Source of the DNA: Oculina patagonica
Lineage: Eukaryota
DNA length: 64,000 bases
Direction: 5' to 3'
Assembly (NCBI RefSeq): GCF_052425735.1
Contig: NC_135761.1
Location: forward strand, 31,930,001 to 31,994,000
Positions within the stretch are counted from its first letter, which is position 1, and each line of letters starts with the position of its first letter. Below are positions 51,950 to 64,000 of this stretch, in pieces. The notes under the pieces are model-generated. The model did no database searches. It was given only the letters and a program-made list of their open reading frames with translations, and was not told the origin of the DNA. Position numbers and translations under genes: made by a program.

Positions 51950-52360
51950 ATAAGAGAGAATAAAGGAGAATCAGTCTTTAGTTTTTAGAGGGCCAGTAGT
52001 CTGGAACAGTCTAAATGAAAATATCAATTTAAAGGTGCCATAAAGAAATGTAATGGGATGGACAATGTAAGTTTTATTAAAGGAACATGTACTAACAAAA
52101 TTAAAAACTTAGAAGATTTTGTGTATTTTTAAACTATATTATATTTTAAACTTTATTATGCATGTGTATTTGTATTCTAAGTAATTTTTAAATAATCATG
52201 TTGTGTATATTTCAGTAATGTCATGAAATTTTAAAAAAACATAAAGAACTGTATAAGTTATTTTCTATTTTTTATCTGTAATTAAGTAAGGTCTACATCA
52301 GCCCTAGGCTGCCATCTTTATAGACCTTTGTTTTCAAATAAAGTATGTATGAATGTAGGT
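51950..52360 (+). mobile_element. L2/CR1 LINE 3' end
   Basis: SLSFRGPVVWNSL-like remnant, ending aataaagtatgtatg. Confidence 0.55.
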
Positions 52361-53399
52361 AAAGTGAAACTAGAGTGATTGTTTGCCGTTAAACCATTTA
52401 TGACAAAACCTCCAACGACATAACCACTTCGAAACACTAGCTGAGGTTGGTAGTTGTTTTCAATATATTTACATCTCCGTAATAAGGTTGGATAAGTGGC
52501 GTTCTTTCTTACCTTGGGCGTTTCTAATGTGTAGCAACCATGTTGTCTAGAAAATGAACACACAAGAAAAGAAGCAGGAGGGGACATACTGGACGAAACA
52601 CATCTAAATTCTTAGTGTTTTGGCTTAGCTAAAATTACAGGATTCCGATAGTCGGGTTAGCATTAAAAAAGACAAGAAAGCCAAGCTTGTTTCATGCCCA
52701 GGTAACCAACTGATACTAATTAAGCCTCTTTTTTGTCTCCTGTAGTGAGATGTTTCAACTCCCGCTGAGAGGAACATAAGGCCCGTGACTGCCCTTCTCC
52801 AAAAATAAGAACACCACCAAGAAGCCAAAGGAGCCAGCAGAAAAAATTGTGATAAATCACTTCCATACATATAAAGATAGGAGCTCGGCAAATTTTCATT
52901 AACCATGCGATTTTTTGTTTCTTGTTTCCCCGTTTTCTTTTATATTGGCTGAAATTGTTACCATATTGTATTCTTTTTCAAGCCTCATCTACCCAGCTGG
53001 AAACAAACATTGAATAATGCTAAGGGTTTAAAAACAGTTTGTCTCCTCACAAAAATGGGATTTTAGAACGGGAAATCAAGAAAGGCAAACGCTTGAGAGT
53101 CGTGGAAATCTTGAACTCGCGTTTGCGTTTACTCCATAAGTTTTCACTACTCTCTTTTTAATACGCATGTAAAGCTAGTAAAATGAATGCTCATAAATTG
53201 TGTGGCAGTAGATATCCAACTTTACGCTATCGTGAAGGCAAACAATGACTACATTCAATGACTTTTTAACAAGTGGAATAGTAAATGTATCCATGTCAGG
53301 ACATAATCGAACAATTGTTGATACATATAATGCCCTAAGCCACACAACGACAAAATCCAAAAGATTAATTTCTTGATACACTAGAAGGCTACCTGGGCA

Positions 53400-53592
53400 T
53401 ACAGATAGATTGCAGTCTTGGTTTTAATGTGCATATTGGTGACATATGTAAGAAGGCTAGCCAGAGAATTGGATGGATCATGAGGTTGAGGAATCTTACA
53501 CCAACTGAGGCCAAACTACAACTCTACAAAGCAGCCACTCTCCCTCATCTCACATATTGCATCTAGTATGGCATTTTTGCAGAGCCTCAGAG
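53400..53592 (+). pseudogene. CR1/L2 reverse-transcriptase C-terminal fragment
   Basis: LGFNVHIGDICKKASQRIG..MRLRNL..LQLYKA..LPHLTYC..VWHFC. Confidence 0.7.
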
Positions 53593-54699
53593 TCAGCAGT
53601 TCTTTCCCAAGACTACTGTCCATTGATTGTTTTGGCACCAATGAGAAACATCCAACCCCCTACTCTATGGTCAATTTTTATTACATTTATTGTTTTTATT
53701 ACATTTATGGGTGATAAAGCTAGAAGGTTCTTATTTTATCATTATGTGGTGGATTTTTAGCCCAATTATATTTTTAGAATGATACAGCAAATAACATGCA
53801 AGTGGAATGTGGGTTTGTTGACAGAGAAGGCTATCTCTCCATGGGTACAAGATTTCCAACAAAAATATCATTAACTGTTTTTTATCTGTTTCTGTCACAA
53901 TCTCTTCTCCTTGCAATTGATCCGTAAGAATGTCACCATTTTCACCAAGAATGCTTTAGAAGAAGTCAAAAGGTCGAAGAAAAACTAACAGAAATCCACA
54001 CTTTGACGAAAATTATTAACTTGTATGTACCAGAACAGTATGCTTTAAATTCAGGCAGCGTTACTCCCATTTATTGTATGTACATTATACCAAGTGTTTG
54101 AGTTCTTAAGATGTGCTACATGAAGATACAATGACAATGATTAATTTGTTTCAATCTGTAATTTTGCATTATTAGCTGCTGAGTGTTCTTGGATTAAAGG
54201 ATGAACATTTTCCGAAATTCAGTCCCTAGTTCAATATAGTAGTTTTGCCAGTGTTCAAGAGATTGATGAGGGAGGATAGCTCCTTCAAACAGTGATGAGT
54301 TGGCCGGCAAAAACACATGTATAACCTAATAGTGTAGATGTTAGAGAGGGTGTTGAAGAACCTGAAAAGGGGAGCATCTCTTTGTACTTGGAATTAGTGT
54401 GTTACAATTGTACATTGCTAGTTTTAATGATGCGATTGTCAAAAATTCTAGTGTTAAAAAGGATGCGTTTAAGTAAATAAATTAGCTATGTTTTGAGCTA
54501 TCCATCTGTAATGGTGATTGGTCAATTACTTGTTTTGTTGAATAATACACTGATCATGCTTCTTCAAGAGACTTAGCCACTGAGTCTGTGCGAGAATGGA
54601 GATATTCCGACATCTTACTTTGAAATAAAGAATAATTAAAGAGTAAAGATGTCAAGACAGACTTTGCCAACCAAAAGTAAGTGCATTGACATAAAAAAG

Positions 54700-55110
54700 A
54701 ATGAGTTGAGTTAAAGAAAGTTATGCCAAGAAGTCGCTTTGGAAATATTTGGCAAAATTCGGCAAAATCCTCATATGAATGATCAAGAAAGAATGCTGCT
54801 ACAAGGTGATCCAGAACATGACAAGTTATACAAAGAGCGACCATTGTTAGAGGTAATTTCTGACACATTTTGTGATATATGCACGCCTTCCAAATTTGTT
54901 TCCATAACAAAGCTATGGTCAAGTACAAGGAAAGACTGAGCAAAAAACAGTATTTACCAATGAAAGCAAATAAAGTGCGGAGTTAAAGTGTGGGTCTGTG
55001 CAGATCCAACAAATGGCTTTGTTTGTCCATTGCAAGTGTACACTGGGAAAGATGGCCACCAACCTGAACATTGCCTTGATCACCGCATTGTTTCTGACCT
55101 TGTGCATGGT
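54700..55110 (+). pseudogene. piggyBac transposase internal fragment
   Basis: VMPRSRF, HDKLYKERPLL, QYLPMK, VKVWVCAD..NGFV..LQVYTGK. Confidence 0.8.
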
Positions 55111-55124
55111 TTTTAACTTTAATT

Positions 55125-57410
55125 AACCTTGCTTTACTGTTTTAGAAGCGCAAGAAAAATCATGAGGTAGATTATTTTAAAATGGCCCAAATCATTCCAG
55201 CACTGAGGCCACCATGGCAAGCAAATATTCCTGTCGGCTTAAAACCAGGAGCGTATTGGTATGAAGTCACAAAATGATATCTTGGGGAAGTGAGCTATTA
55301 TTTTGTAGTACTGTCCGGATGCATGTTAAAATATTTCTCAAAGCTTTTTTAAAGAAAAAAAAAAAACACAATCATAATAAATTAATTTAAACAAGTGGTG
55401 CTTGTCGAAGGTGGACGAAACACATCTAAATTCTTAGCGTTTTGCCTTTGCTGAAATAACAGGATTCTGATAGTCGGGTCAGCATTCGAAAAGAGAAGAA
55501 AGCAAAGCTTTAGCTTGTTTCATGCCCAGGCTTTTAACCAACCCTTGAGGTAAACTGATACTTATTAAGCCTCTCTTTTGTCTCCTGCAGTGAGATGTTT
55601 CAACTGTCACGGAGAAGGGCATAAGGCCCGTGACTGCCCCTCTCCAAAAATAATAAGAAGAAAGAAGACCAAGAAGCCAAAGAATAAGCAGAAAGAATTG
55701 TGATAAATCACTATCGCACGTATAAAGATAGGAGCTCGGCATATTTTCATTAACTATGCGATTTTATGTTTCTTGTTTCCCCATTTTTTTTTTTTGAAAA
55801 AAAAAAAAAATTAAGCTGTCTTTCACTTTCCATTGAAAGTTTTTGGAGTTGTTGTCGCTTTTTATATTGGCTGAGCCTTTGTTTTTGTTTGTAAATAAAA
55901 TGTCATGAAAGCCAAACGCAAGAAAAATCATGAGGTAGATTATTTTACGATGGCCCAAATCATTCCAGCACTGAGGCCACCACGGCAAGCCAATATTCCT
56001 GTCGGCTTAAAACCAGGAGCGTATTGGTATGAAGTCACAAAATGATATCTTGGGGAAGTGAGCTATTATTTTGTAGTACTGTCTGGATGCATGTTAAAAT
56101 ATTTCTCAAAGCTTTTTTAAAGAAAAAAAACACAATCATAATAAATTAATTTAAACAAGTGGTGCTTGTCGAAGGTGGACGAAACACATCTAAATTCTTA
56201 GCGTTTTGGCTTTGCTGAAATTACAGGATTCCGATAGTCGGGTCAGCATTCGAAAAGACAAGAAAGCAAAGCTTTAGCTTGTTTAATGCCCAGGCTTTTA
56301 ACCAACCCTTGAGGTAAACTGATACTTAGTAAGCCTCTCTTTTGTCTCCTGTAGTGAGATGTTTCAACTGCCACAGAGAAGGGCATAAGGCCCGTGACTG
56401 CCCTTCTCCAAAAATAATAATAATAAGAAAGAAGACCAAGAAGCCAAAGGAGCCAGCAGAAAGAATTGTGATAAATCACTATCACACGTATAAAGATAGG
56501 AGCTCGGCATATTTTCATTAACTATGCGATTTTATGTTTCTTGTTTCCCCATTTTTTTTGGAAAAAAAAAATTAAGCTGTCTTTCACTTTCCATTGAAAG
56601 TTTTTGGAGTTGTTGTCGCTTTTTATATTGGCTGAGCCTTTGTTTTTGTTTGTAAATAAAATGTCATGAAAGCCAAACGCAAGAAAAATCATGAGGTAGA
56701 TTATTTTACGATGGCCCAAATCATTCCAGCACTGAGGCCACCACGGCAAGCCAATATTCCTGTCGGCTTAAAACCAGGAGCGTATTGGTATGAAGTCACA
56801 AAATGATATCTTGGGGAAGTGAGCTATTATTTTGTAGTACTGTCCGGATGCATGTTAAAATATTTCTCAAAGCTTTTTTAAAGAAAAAAAACACAATCAT
56901 AATAAATTAATTTAAACAAGTGGTGCTTGTCGAAGGTGGACGAAACACATCTAAATTCTTAGCGTTTTGGCTTTGCTGAAATTACAGGATTCCGATAGTC
57001 GGGTCAGCATTCGAAAAGACAAGAAAGCAAAGCTTTAGCTTGTTTAATGCCCAGGCTTTTAACCAACCCTTGAGGTAAACTGATACTTAGTAAGCCTCTC
57101 TTTTGTCTCCTGTAGTGAGATGTTTCAACTGCCACAGAGAAGGGCATAAGGCCCGTGACTGCCCTTCTCCAAAAATAATAATAAGAAGAAAGAAGACCAA
57201 GAAGCCAAAGGAGCCAGCAGAAAGAATTGTGATAAATCACTATCACACGTATAAAGATAAGAGCTCAGCAAATTTTCATTAACCATGTGATTTCCCCATT
57301 TTTTTTTGGAAAAAAAAAATTAAGCTGTATTTCGCTTTCCATTGAAAGTTTTTGGAGTTGTTATGTCGCTTTTTATATTGGCTGAGCCTTTGTTTTTGTT
57401 TGTAAATTAA
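55125..57410 (+). repeat. Three tandem ~760-bp units, each with a CCHC zinc-knuckle exon; a diverged partial copy at 52590-52960
   Basis: Unit marker gcaagaaaaatcatgagg at 55150, 55918 and 56679; exon after the acceptor encodes RCFNCHREGHKARDCP. Confidence 0.9.
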
Positions 57411-57979
57411 ATGCAATGCTTAACGATCGCATGTTCTGTTTCTCGGTCTTGAACCGACGTGTGGTGCTGTATAAGCTAAGTAATAGTATGAAGGCTCCCC
57501 CTTCCCCACCCTGTTGCCTCCTGCCCCAAGTCCCTACCAACGCCGGGGTCACGCTAACAGGAAATTTTTACCATATTGTATTCTTTTTCAAGCCTCACCT
57601 ACCCTACTGGAAACAAACATTGAATAATGCTAAGGGTTTAAAAACAGTTTGTCTCCTCACAAAAATGGGTTTTAGAGCGGGAAATCAAGAAGGGTAAACG
57701 CTTGGAGTCCCTGAAATCTCTCAATTCGTGTTTGTGTTTACTCCATAAGTTTTCACTACTCTCTTTTTAATACGCATGTAAAGCCAGTAAAATGAACGCC
57801 ATAAATGCTATCGTGAGGGCAAACAATGGCTACATTCAATGAATTTTTTAACAAGTGGAATAGTAAATGTATCCATGTCAGGACATGTTCCTGGGCCCTA
57901 AAGGACGTTTATCCACTGTTTCCATTTAGCTATTGACGATGTCCAAGGTTCAGGCAAAGTAGCGACTAGTCTAGAGAAG

Positions 57980-58290
57980 AAGGCATGTAACTGTCGCTTG
58001 ATGTTAAAACAGAAAGGAGAAGAGGCTGCTGGCTCATGTAAAAGTTTGAGGTGCTCTTGTGCCAAGACAGGTAAAAAGTGCTCGAGGGAATGTTGATGTA
58101 TTGATTGTCAAAATTCATCTCCGGTACAGATGAGTTCATCTGTTCATTCGGTAAAGGGCTGCTCATGTGGGGAAACCAAAAAGCAAGACGCGAACTTTGT
58201 TGCATGCAAAGATTCCTTGCAAAAGTCAAAGTGCCCTTGCCTCCATCAAAACGTGTACTACTCAAATTTATGTAGATGCTTCAATTTGTG
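57980..58290 (+). pseudogene. Tandem CXC (tesmin/CRC-like) Cys-rich domains, decayed
   Basis: ACNC...CKSLRCSCAK.GKKCSREC*CIDCQN and GCSCG...C...KCPC...LCRCFN. Confidence 0.65.
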
Positions 58291-59031
58291 GCAACAGAGT
58301 TGAAAAGCAAACATTACCAGATCTGGACCCTGGACTTGATTGGAATGCTAGCAAGTCATGTAGGAACAGGTGTCATCCAGATCCATTCAAACAAACAAAG
58401 GGTGCAGCATTTTTGGCCCGAGAGGGTTTGATGTAGCATCAGGGCCCTGGACATCATTTGAGACTGTTGTAAATTTAGTATTTTGGCTGCTTAATTTTCT
58501 GAGGTTGTTATCTGAAATCCAAAGAGTTCCATAGGTTTAAGGAACCTTTAAACTAAGCAATATTGTGAGAACAATTGGACAGCAACTAACCATCTCTTGA
58601 CATCATAGCTGTTAATTTTGCTATTTGTTTAACTGCTTTTTTCTTTGCCATATTGAAATATTGATGTGTTTGAATTAACAAACGTTAAACTACCGGTACT
58701 CACATAAGCAGGTTTTGAGACCGGGGTTGGTAACGTTACGTTACCTATACGGGCGTGTGACATATACGGGCGATTTCATAGATACCTTTGGTCACGCATT
58801 TCACACTACTACCAGTCAGGATGTGACAGTTCTATAAACAGTATGATTAAACAAAATCTGACAGATCTACATGTAGTTTACTTCACACTTTTACTGTCGG
58901 AATATTTGGAAGGTAGGTTGAAAATTGTCGAATAGTCTGTTGATCGTACGGGAGGTCTATCAAAGTATCGTTGGCCTCATTTATAAATAAAAACAGAGAG
59001 AGATGATTGATTACCGATGTGGCTGTCTTGT

Positions 59032-59038
59032 GATAATG

Positions 59039-59070
<32 letters not shown>

Positions 59071-59072
59071 TA
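59032..59072. repeat. (AAT)n microsatellite
   Basis: Direct reading. Confidence 0.95.
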
Positions 59073-59291
59073 TAACTGAAATAATTAGATCTATTTGAGT
59101 ACAAATGCCAATGTGAAAAGCGTTCCAAGCTGTAAAAATTGTTACAATCTATTATTCTAATCTGCGCTCAGGCGTTATTTTTCTTGCGGCGGTGTAGCCC
59201 TCCTTCCGCCACGAAAAAAGAGAAAGCCTGGTCGCAAGTTAAATCCAGCAGCGAAGCAGCATATTTATTATTTCCCTGTCTTGACTTTCAG

Positions 59292-61041
59292 ACGAATCAA
59301 GGAAAAGGCGGGGCTGGCAAGGTAATTCAATGCTCCTTTTGCATTAGCGTCTCTCATATTTTGTCAGGAGAAGAGAGGGGAAAGGTGTGAAGCATGCTTT
59401 GGCTTTCTTAGCAATATTCATTTCTCGTTTGTGTGTTTTACAGATGAGAGAAGACCAAGAGAAGAAGCGCCAGCTGGCCAAGAGCGGGGTAGGCATTCAT
59501 GTTTGTTTAACGTATAGCGGTAGATCGCGGTATATTGTGTTAATTCTATGTGGTTTTCGTGCAGTTTATAGGTCGATATCATTGAAAAAAAAAAGGGATT
59601 GGCAATGAAACTCAATTTGCAAACAGAAGAAAACAAGGCAAACTGCGGAACAATACTGTGGTTTTTTTTTATTAATATCGTTTTGTCTTGTGCGATTGTT
59701 ACAGACGATAAGAATCCAAGAGGCGACAGCCATGCCGGCCGAGAGCGGGGTACGTTTTCATAATTAGATTGACACACACTGCACACTTGCCGAGCGTGTT
59801 TATATTTTTGAAAATAATAACATGGTGTCTTTTGTGTGTATAATAGATAATAGGAGTCCAAAAGTCGAAAGGCCAGCTTGGGGAGATCGTGGTATGTTTT
59901 CATGTTTGGTTGATTTGAAGACAACATTAATTAATACACACTGCATACTAGCCAAGCGTATTCAAAGATAGATTTTTAAATACTATATTATCTTTTGTGT
60001 GTATCGCAGATTATAGGAGTACAAGAGCGGACAGGCCATCTTGGCCAGACCGGGGTATGTATTCATGTTTGGTTGATTGGAATAAAACATTAATTAATAC
60101 ACACTGCATACTAGCCAAGCGTATTGAAAGATAGATTTTTAAATACTATATTATCTTTTGTGTGTATCGCAGATTATAGGAGTACAAGAGCGGACAGGTC
60201 ATCTTGGCGAGACCGGGGTATGTATTCATGTGTGGTTGATTGGAATAAAACATTAATACACACTGCATACTAGCAGAGCGTTTTTATTAAAATGACAATT
60301 ATTGGGTGCAATTGCATGGAAAGACAAAGAAAGATAAAGTTATCAAGATTCGGGTTGTATAAAACTAAATTTTTATCTACTCCACAGGCAAAGGACGAAC
60401 AAAAGATGACCTGCGCAACAACCTGGATTTGAGGAAAAGTAAGTGCCCTTAATTTCCACCTTCACCACAAACAAATTCATATTTGTCGTGGTCTAAGGGA
60501 TAAAGGCGTGAGGGTAGTGTGGGATAGGGGGGACCCTTTCCTTAATTAAGGTTTCTGTGCTATTTTAACAAAGTAAAATTAATGGCCAGACCTCATGACG
60601 ATATAAATATAACTGAACGATCTCATGACAAGGGTGAATGTCATGGACATAAGCGAAAACAAACAAATTTGAATTTCCAAAAGGGATGAACAATCAGTTG
60701 CTAAAAGTTTTACAGAACAACATACAGAACCTCAAGGTAGGTGGAGGGGGGAAGATTACCCTTCCCACCTTAGCTTTTTTCTTACAGTAACACAGATTCG
60801 ATTAAGTACAGCTGTAGAGACTGAAAAAACATTCTCACAATTTGTGTTTCTTATAACAGGACGATGCTTCAACTGCAGAGGGTATGGTCATGTTAAGGCC
60901 GATTGTCCATCACAAACTCGCCGAAAAAGGCCAAGCAAGAGAACGAAGGAAGTTCAGACAGCATCCCCCACCCCTACACCACCAACTGCTGTAAACAACT
61001 ATAATTTTTATTCAATTGGCGGCAATATTAAAATTAATTAA
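59292..61041 (+). CDS. Microexon gene: Arg/Asp-rich 15-aa repeats plus C-terminal CCHC zinc knuckle (start exon not identified)
   Basis: Phase-1 GT-AG exons of 30, 45 x5 and 51 nt join in frame to a last exon RRCFNCRGYGHVKADCP; aataaa right after the stop. Confidence 0.75.
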
Positions 61042-61110
61042 AATAAATGAACAAAAAATCAACTTGTTTTTGTATTAACCCAGTCTGCGAAAGTGAAATG
61101 TTCCGCTAGT

Positions 61111-64000
61111 AAAGATGTTTAACGCGCCCGTATATGTAACATGTCCTGAAAGGTAAATTTACCTTCCCTGAAAATGGATACAAAAGTCCTTTCTAGTTAA
61201 ATCAGAACCACTTAGATAATTTTTAAGTTACAGACAGTCGAATCTCAGCGAAATAGAATTCTTCCGACAGTTTAAGGGTAAAGATGTTGAGCGCGCCCGT
61301 ATATGTAACATGTCCTGAAAGGTAAATTTACCCTTCATGAAAATGGACACAAAAGTCCTTTCTAGTTAAAACAGAATCATTTAGCTAATTTTTAAGTTAC
61401 AGAAAGTCGAATCCCAGCGAAAGAGAAATCTTCCGACAGTAAAAGGGTAAAGATGTTGAGCGCGCCCGTATATGTAACATGTCCTGAAAGGTAAATTTAC
61501 CCTTCATGAAAATGGACACAAAAGTCCTTTCTAGTTAAAACAGAATCATTTAGATAATTTTTAAGTTACAGAAAGTCGAATCCCAGCGAAAGAGAAATCT
61601 TCCGACAGTAAAAGGGTAAAGATGTTGAGCGCGCCCGTATATGTAACATGTCCTGAAAGGTAAATTTACCTTCCCTGAAAAACGACACAAAAGTCCTTTC
61701 TAGTTAAATCAGAACCACTTAGATAATTTTTAAGTTACAGACAGTCGAATCTCAGCGAAATAGAATTCTTCCGACAGTTTAAGGGTAAAGATGTTGAGCG
61801 CGCCTGTATATGTAACATGTCCTGAGAGGTAAATTTACCCTTCATGAAAATGGACACAAAAGTCCTTTCTAGTTAAAACAGAATCACTTAGCTAATTTTT
61901 AAGTTACAGAAAGTCGAATCCCAGCGAAAGAGAAAGCTTCCGACAGTTTAAGGGTAAAGATGTTGAGTGCACCCGTATATGTAACATGTCCTGAAAGGTA
62001 AATTTACCTTCCCTGAAAAACGACACAAAAGTCCTTTCTAGTTAAATCAGAACCACTTAGATAATTTTTAAGTTACAGACAGTCGAATCCCAGCGAAAGA
62101 GAAATCTTCCGACAGTAAAGGGGTAAAAATGTTGAGCGCGCCCGTATATGTAACATGTCCTGAAAGGTAAATTTACCTTCCCTGAAAATGGATACAAAAG
62201 TCCTTTCTAGTTAAATCAGAACCACTTAGATAATTTTTAAGTTACAGACAGTCGAATCTCAGCGAAATAGAATTCTTCCGACAGTTTAAGGGTAAAGATG
62301 TTGAGCGCGCCCGTATATGTAACATGTCCTGAAAGGTAAATTTACCCTTCATGAAAATGGACACAAAAGTCCTTTCTAGTTAAAACAGAATCATTTAGCT
62401 AATTTTTAAGTTACAGAAAGTCGAATCCCAGCGAAAGAGAAATCTTCCGACAGTAAAAGGGTAAAGATGTTGAGCGCGCCCGTATATGTAACATGTCCTG
62501 AAAGGTAAATTTACCCTTCATGAAAATGGACACAAAAGTCCTTTCTAGTTAAAACAGAATCATTTAGATAATTTTTAAGTTACAGAAAGTCGAATCCCAG
62601 CGAAAGAGAAATCTTCCGACAGTAAAAGGGTAAAGATGTTGAGCGCGCCCGTATATGTAACATGTCCTGAAAGGTAAATTTACCTTCCCTGAAAAACGAC
62701 ACAAAAGTCCTTTCTAGTTAAATCAGAACCACTTAGATAATTTTTAAGTTACAGACAGTCGAATCTCAGCGAAATAGAATTCTTCCGACAGTTTAAGGGT
62801 AAAGATGTTGAGCGCGCCTGTATATGTAACATGTCCTGAGAGGTAAATTTACCCTTCATGAAAATGGACACAAAAGTCCTTTCTAGTTAAAACAGAATCA
62901 CTTAGCTAATTTTTAAGTTACAGAAAGTCGAATCCCAGCGAAAGAGAAAGCTTCCGACAGTTTAAGGGTAAAGATGTTGAGTGCACCCGTATATGTAACA
63001 TGTCCTGAAAGGTAAATTTACCTTCCCTGAAAAACGACACAAAAGTCCTTTCTAGTTAAATCAGAACCACTTAGATAATTTTTAAGTTACAGACAGTCGA
63101 ATCCCAGCGAAAGAGAAATCTTCCGACAGTAAAGGGGTAAAAATGTTGAGCGCGCCCGTATATGTAACATGTCCTGAAAGGTAAATTTACCTTCCCTGAA
63201 AATGGATACAAAAGTCCTTTCTAGTTAAATCAGAACCACTTAGATAATTTTTAAGTTACAGACAGTCGAATCTCAGCGAAATAGAATTCTTCCGACAGTT
63301 TAAGGGTAAAGATGTTGAGCGCGCCCGTATATGTAACATGTCCTGAAAGGTAAATTTACCCTTCATGAAAATGGACACAAAAGTCCTTTCTAGTTAAAAC
63401 AGAATCATTTAGCTAATTTTTAAGTTACAGAAAGTCGAATCCCAGCGAAAGAGAAATCTTCCGACAGTAAAAGGGTAAAGATGTTGAGCGCGCCCGTATA
63501 TGTAACATGTCCTGAAAGGTAAATTTACCCTTCATGAAAATGGACACAAAAGTCCTTTCTAGTTAAAACAGAATCATTTAGATAATTTTTAAGTTACAGA
63601 AAGTCGAATCCCAGCGAAAGAGAAATCTTCCGACAGTAAAAGGGTAAAGATGTTGAGCGCGCCCGTATATGTAACATGTCCTGAAAGGTAAATTTACCTT
63701 CCCTGAAAAACGACACAAAAGTCCTTTCTAGTTAAATCAGAACCACTTAGATAATTTTTAAGTTACAGACAGTCGAATCTCAGCGAAATAGAATTCTTCC
63801 GACAGTTTAAGGGTAAAGATGTTGAGTGCGCCTGTATATGTAACATGTCCTGAGAGGTAAATTTACCCTTCATGAAAATGGACACAAAAGTCCTTTCTAG
63901 TTAAAACAGAATCACTTAGCTAATTTTTAAGTTACAGAAAGTCGAATCCCAGCGAAAGAGAAAGCTTCCGACAGTTTAAGGGTAAAGATGTTGAGTGCAC
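61111..64000. repeat. 169-bp satellite with 6-monomer (1014-bp) higher-order repeat, running off the window
   Basis: cgcgcccgtatatg at 61123, 61292, 61461, 61630...; the same variants recur at 62137 and 63151. Confidence 0.97.

Noticed and set aside
59158-59241. Tiny MITE (taatctgcgctcaggc / gcctggtcgcaagtta)
   Set aside because: The inverted ends are imperfect and no TSD is visible, so it is not listed as a feature
61111-64000. CRISPR-like array
   Set aside because: Whole monomers repeat with no unique spacers, there are no cas genes, and the context is eukaryotic

Overview
AT-rich, intron-containing eukaryotic DNA made up almost entirely of nested transposable elements and their debris. 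The repeat repertoire suggests a cnidarian such as a stony coral (inference). No housekeeping gene is visible. Best-supported items: (1) a decayed piggyBac 3' end with a TTAA terminus; (2) an intact ORF1-only L1-like retrocopy (4524-6135) with an A-rich tail and an 88-bp target-site duplication, sitting inside a TA-flanked MITE; (3) a non-autonomous Ngaro/PAT-like tyrosine-recombinase retroelement with near-perfect split direct repeats (9873-18297), carrying a Kolobok-type insertion; (4) two decayed PIF1 helicase copies, one next to F-box and ubiquitin-like/helical ORFs; (5) a Penelope 3' end; (6) an intron-containing RAG1/Transib-like transposase remnant; (7) a near-intact 6.1-kb Academ (XPG-type) transposon (44009-50109, TSD GTA) that splits a second L1-like ORF1; (8) ~760-bp tandem repeats carrying a CCHC exon; (9) an open microexon CCHC gene followed directly by a 169-bp satellite with a 6-mer (1014-bp) higher-order repeat, whose monomer carries an inverted copy of a motif found upstream of the gene. 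All family assignments come from motif recognition by eye; no searches were run.
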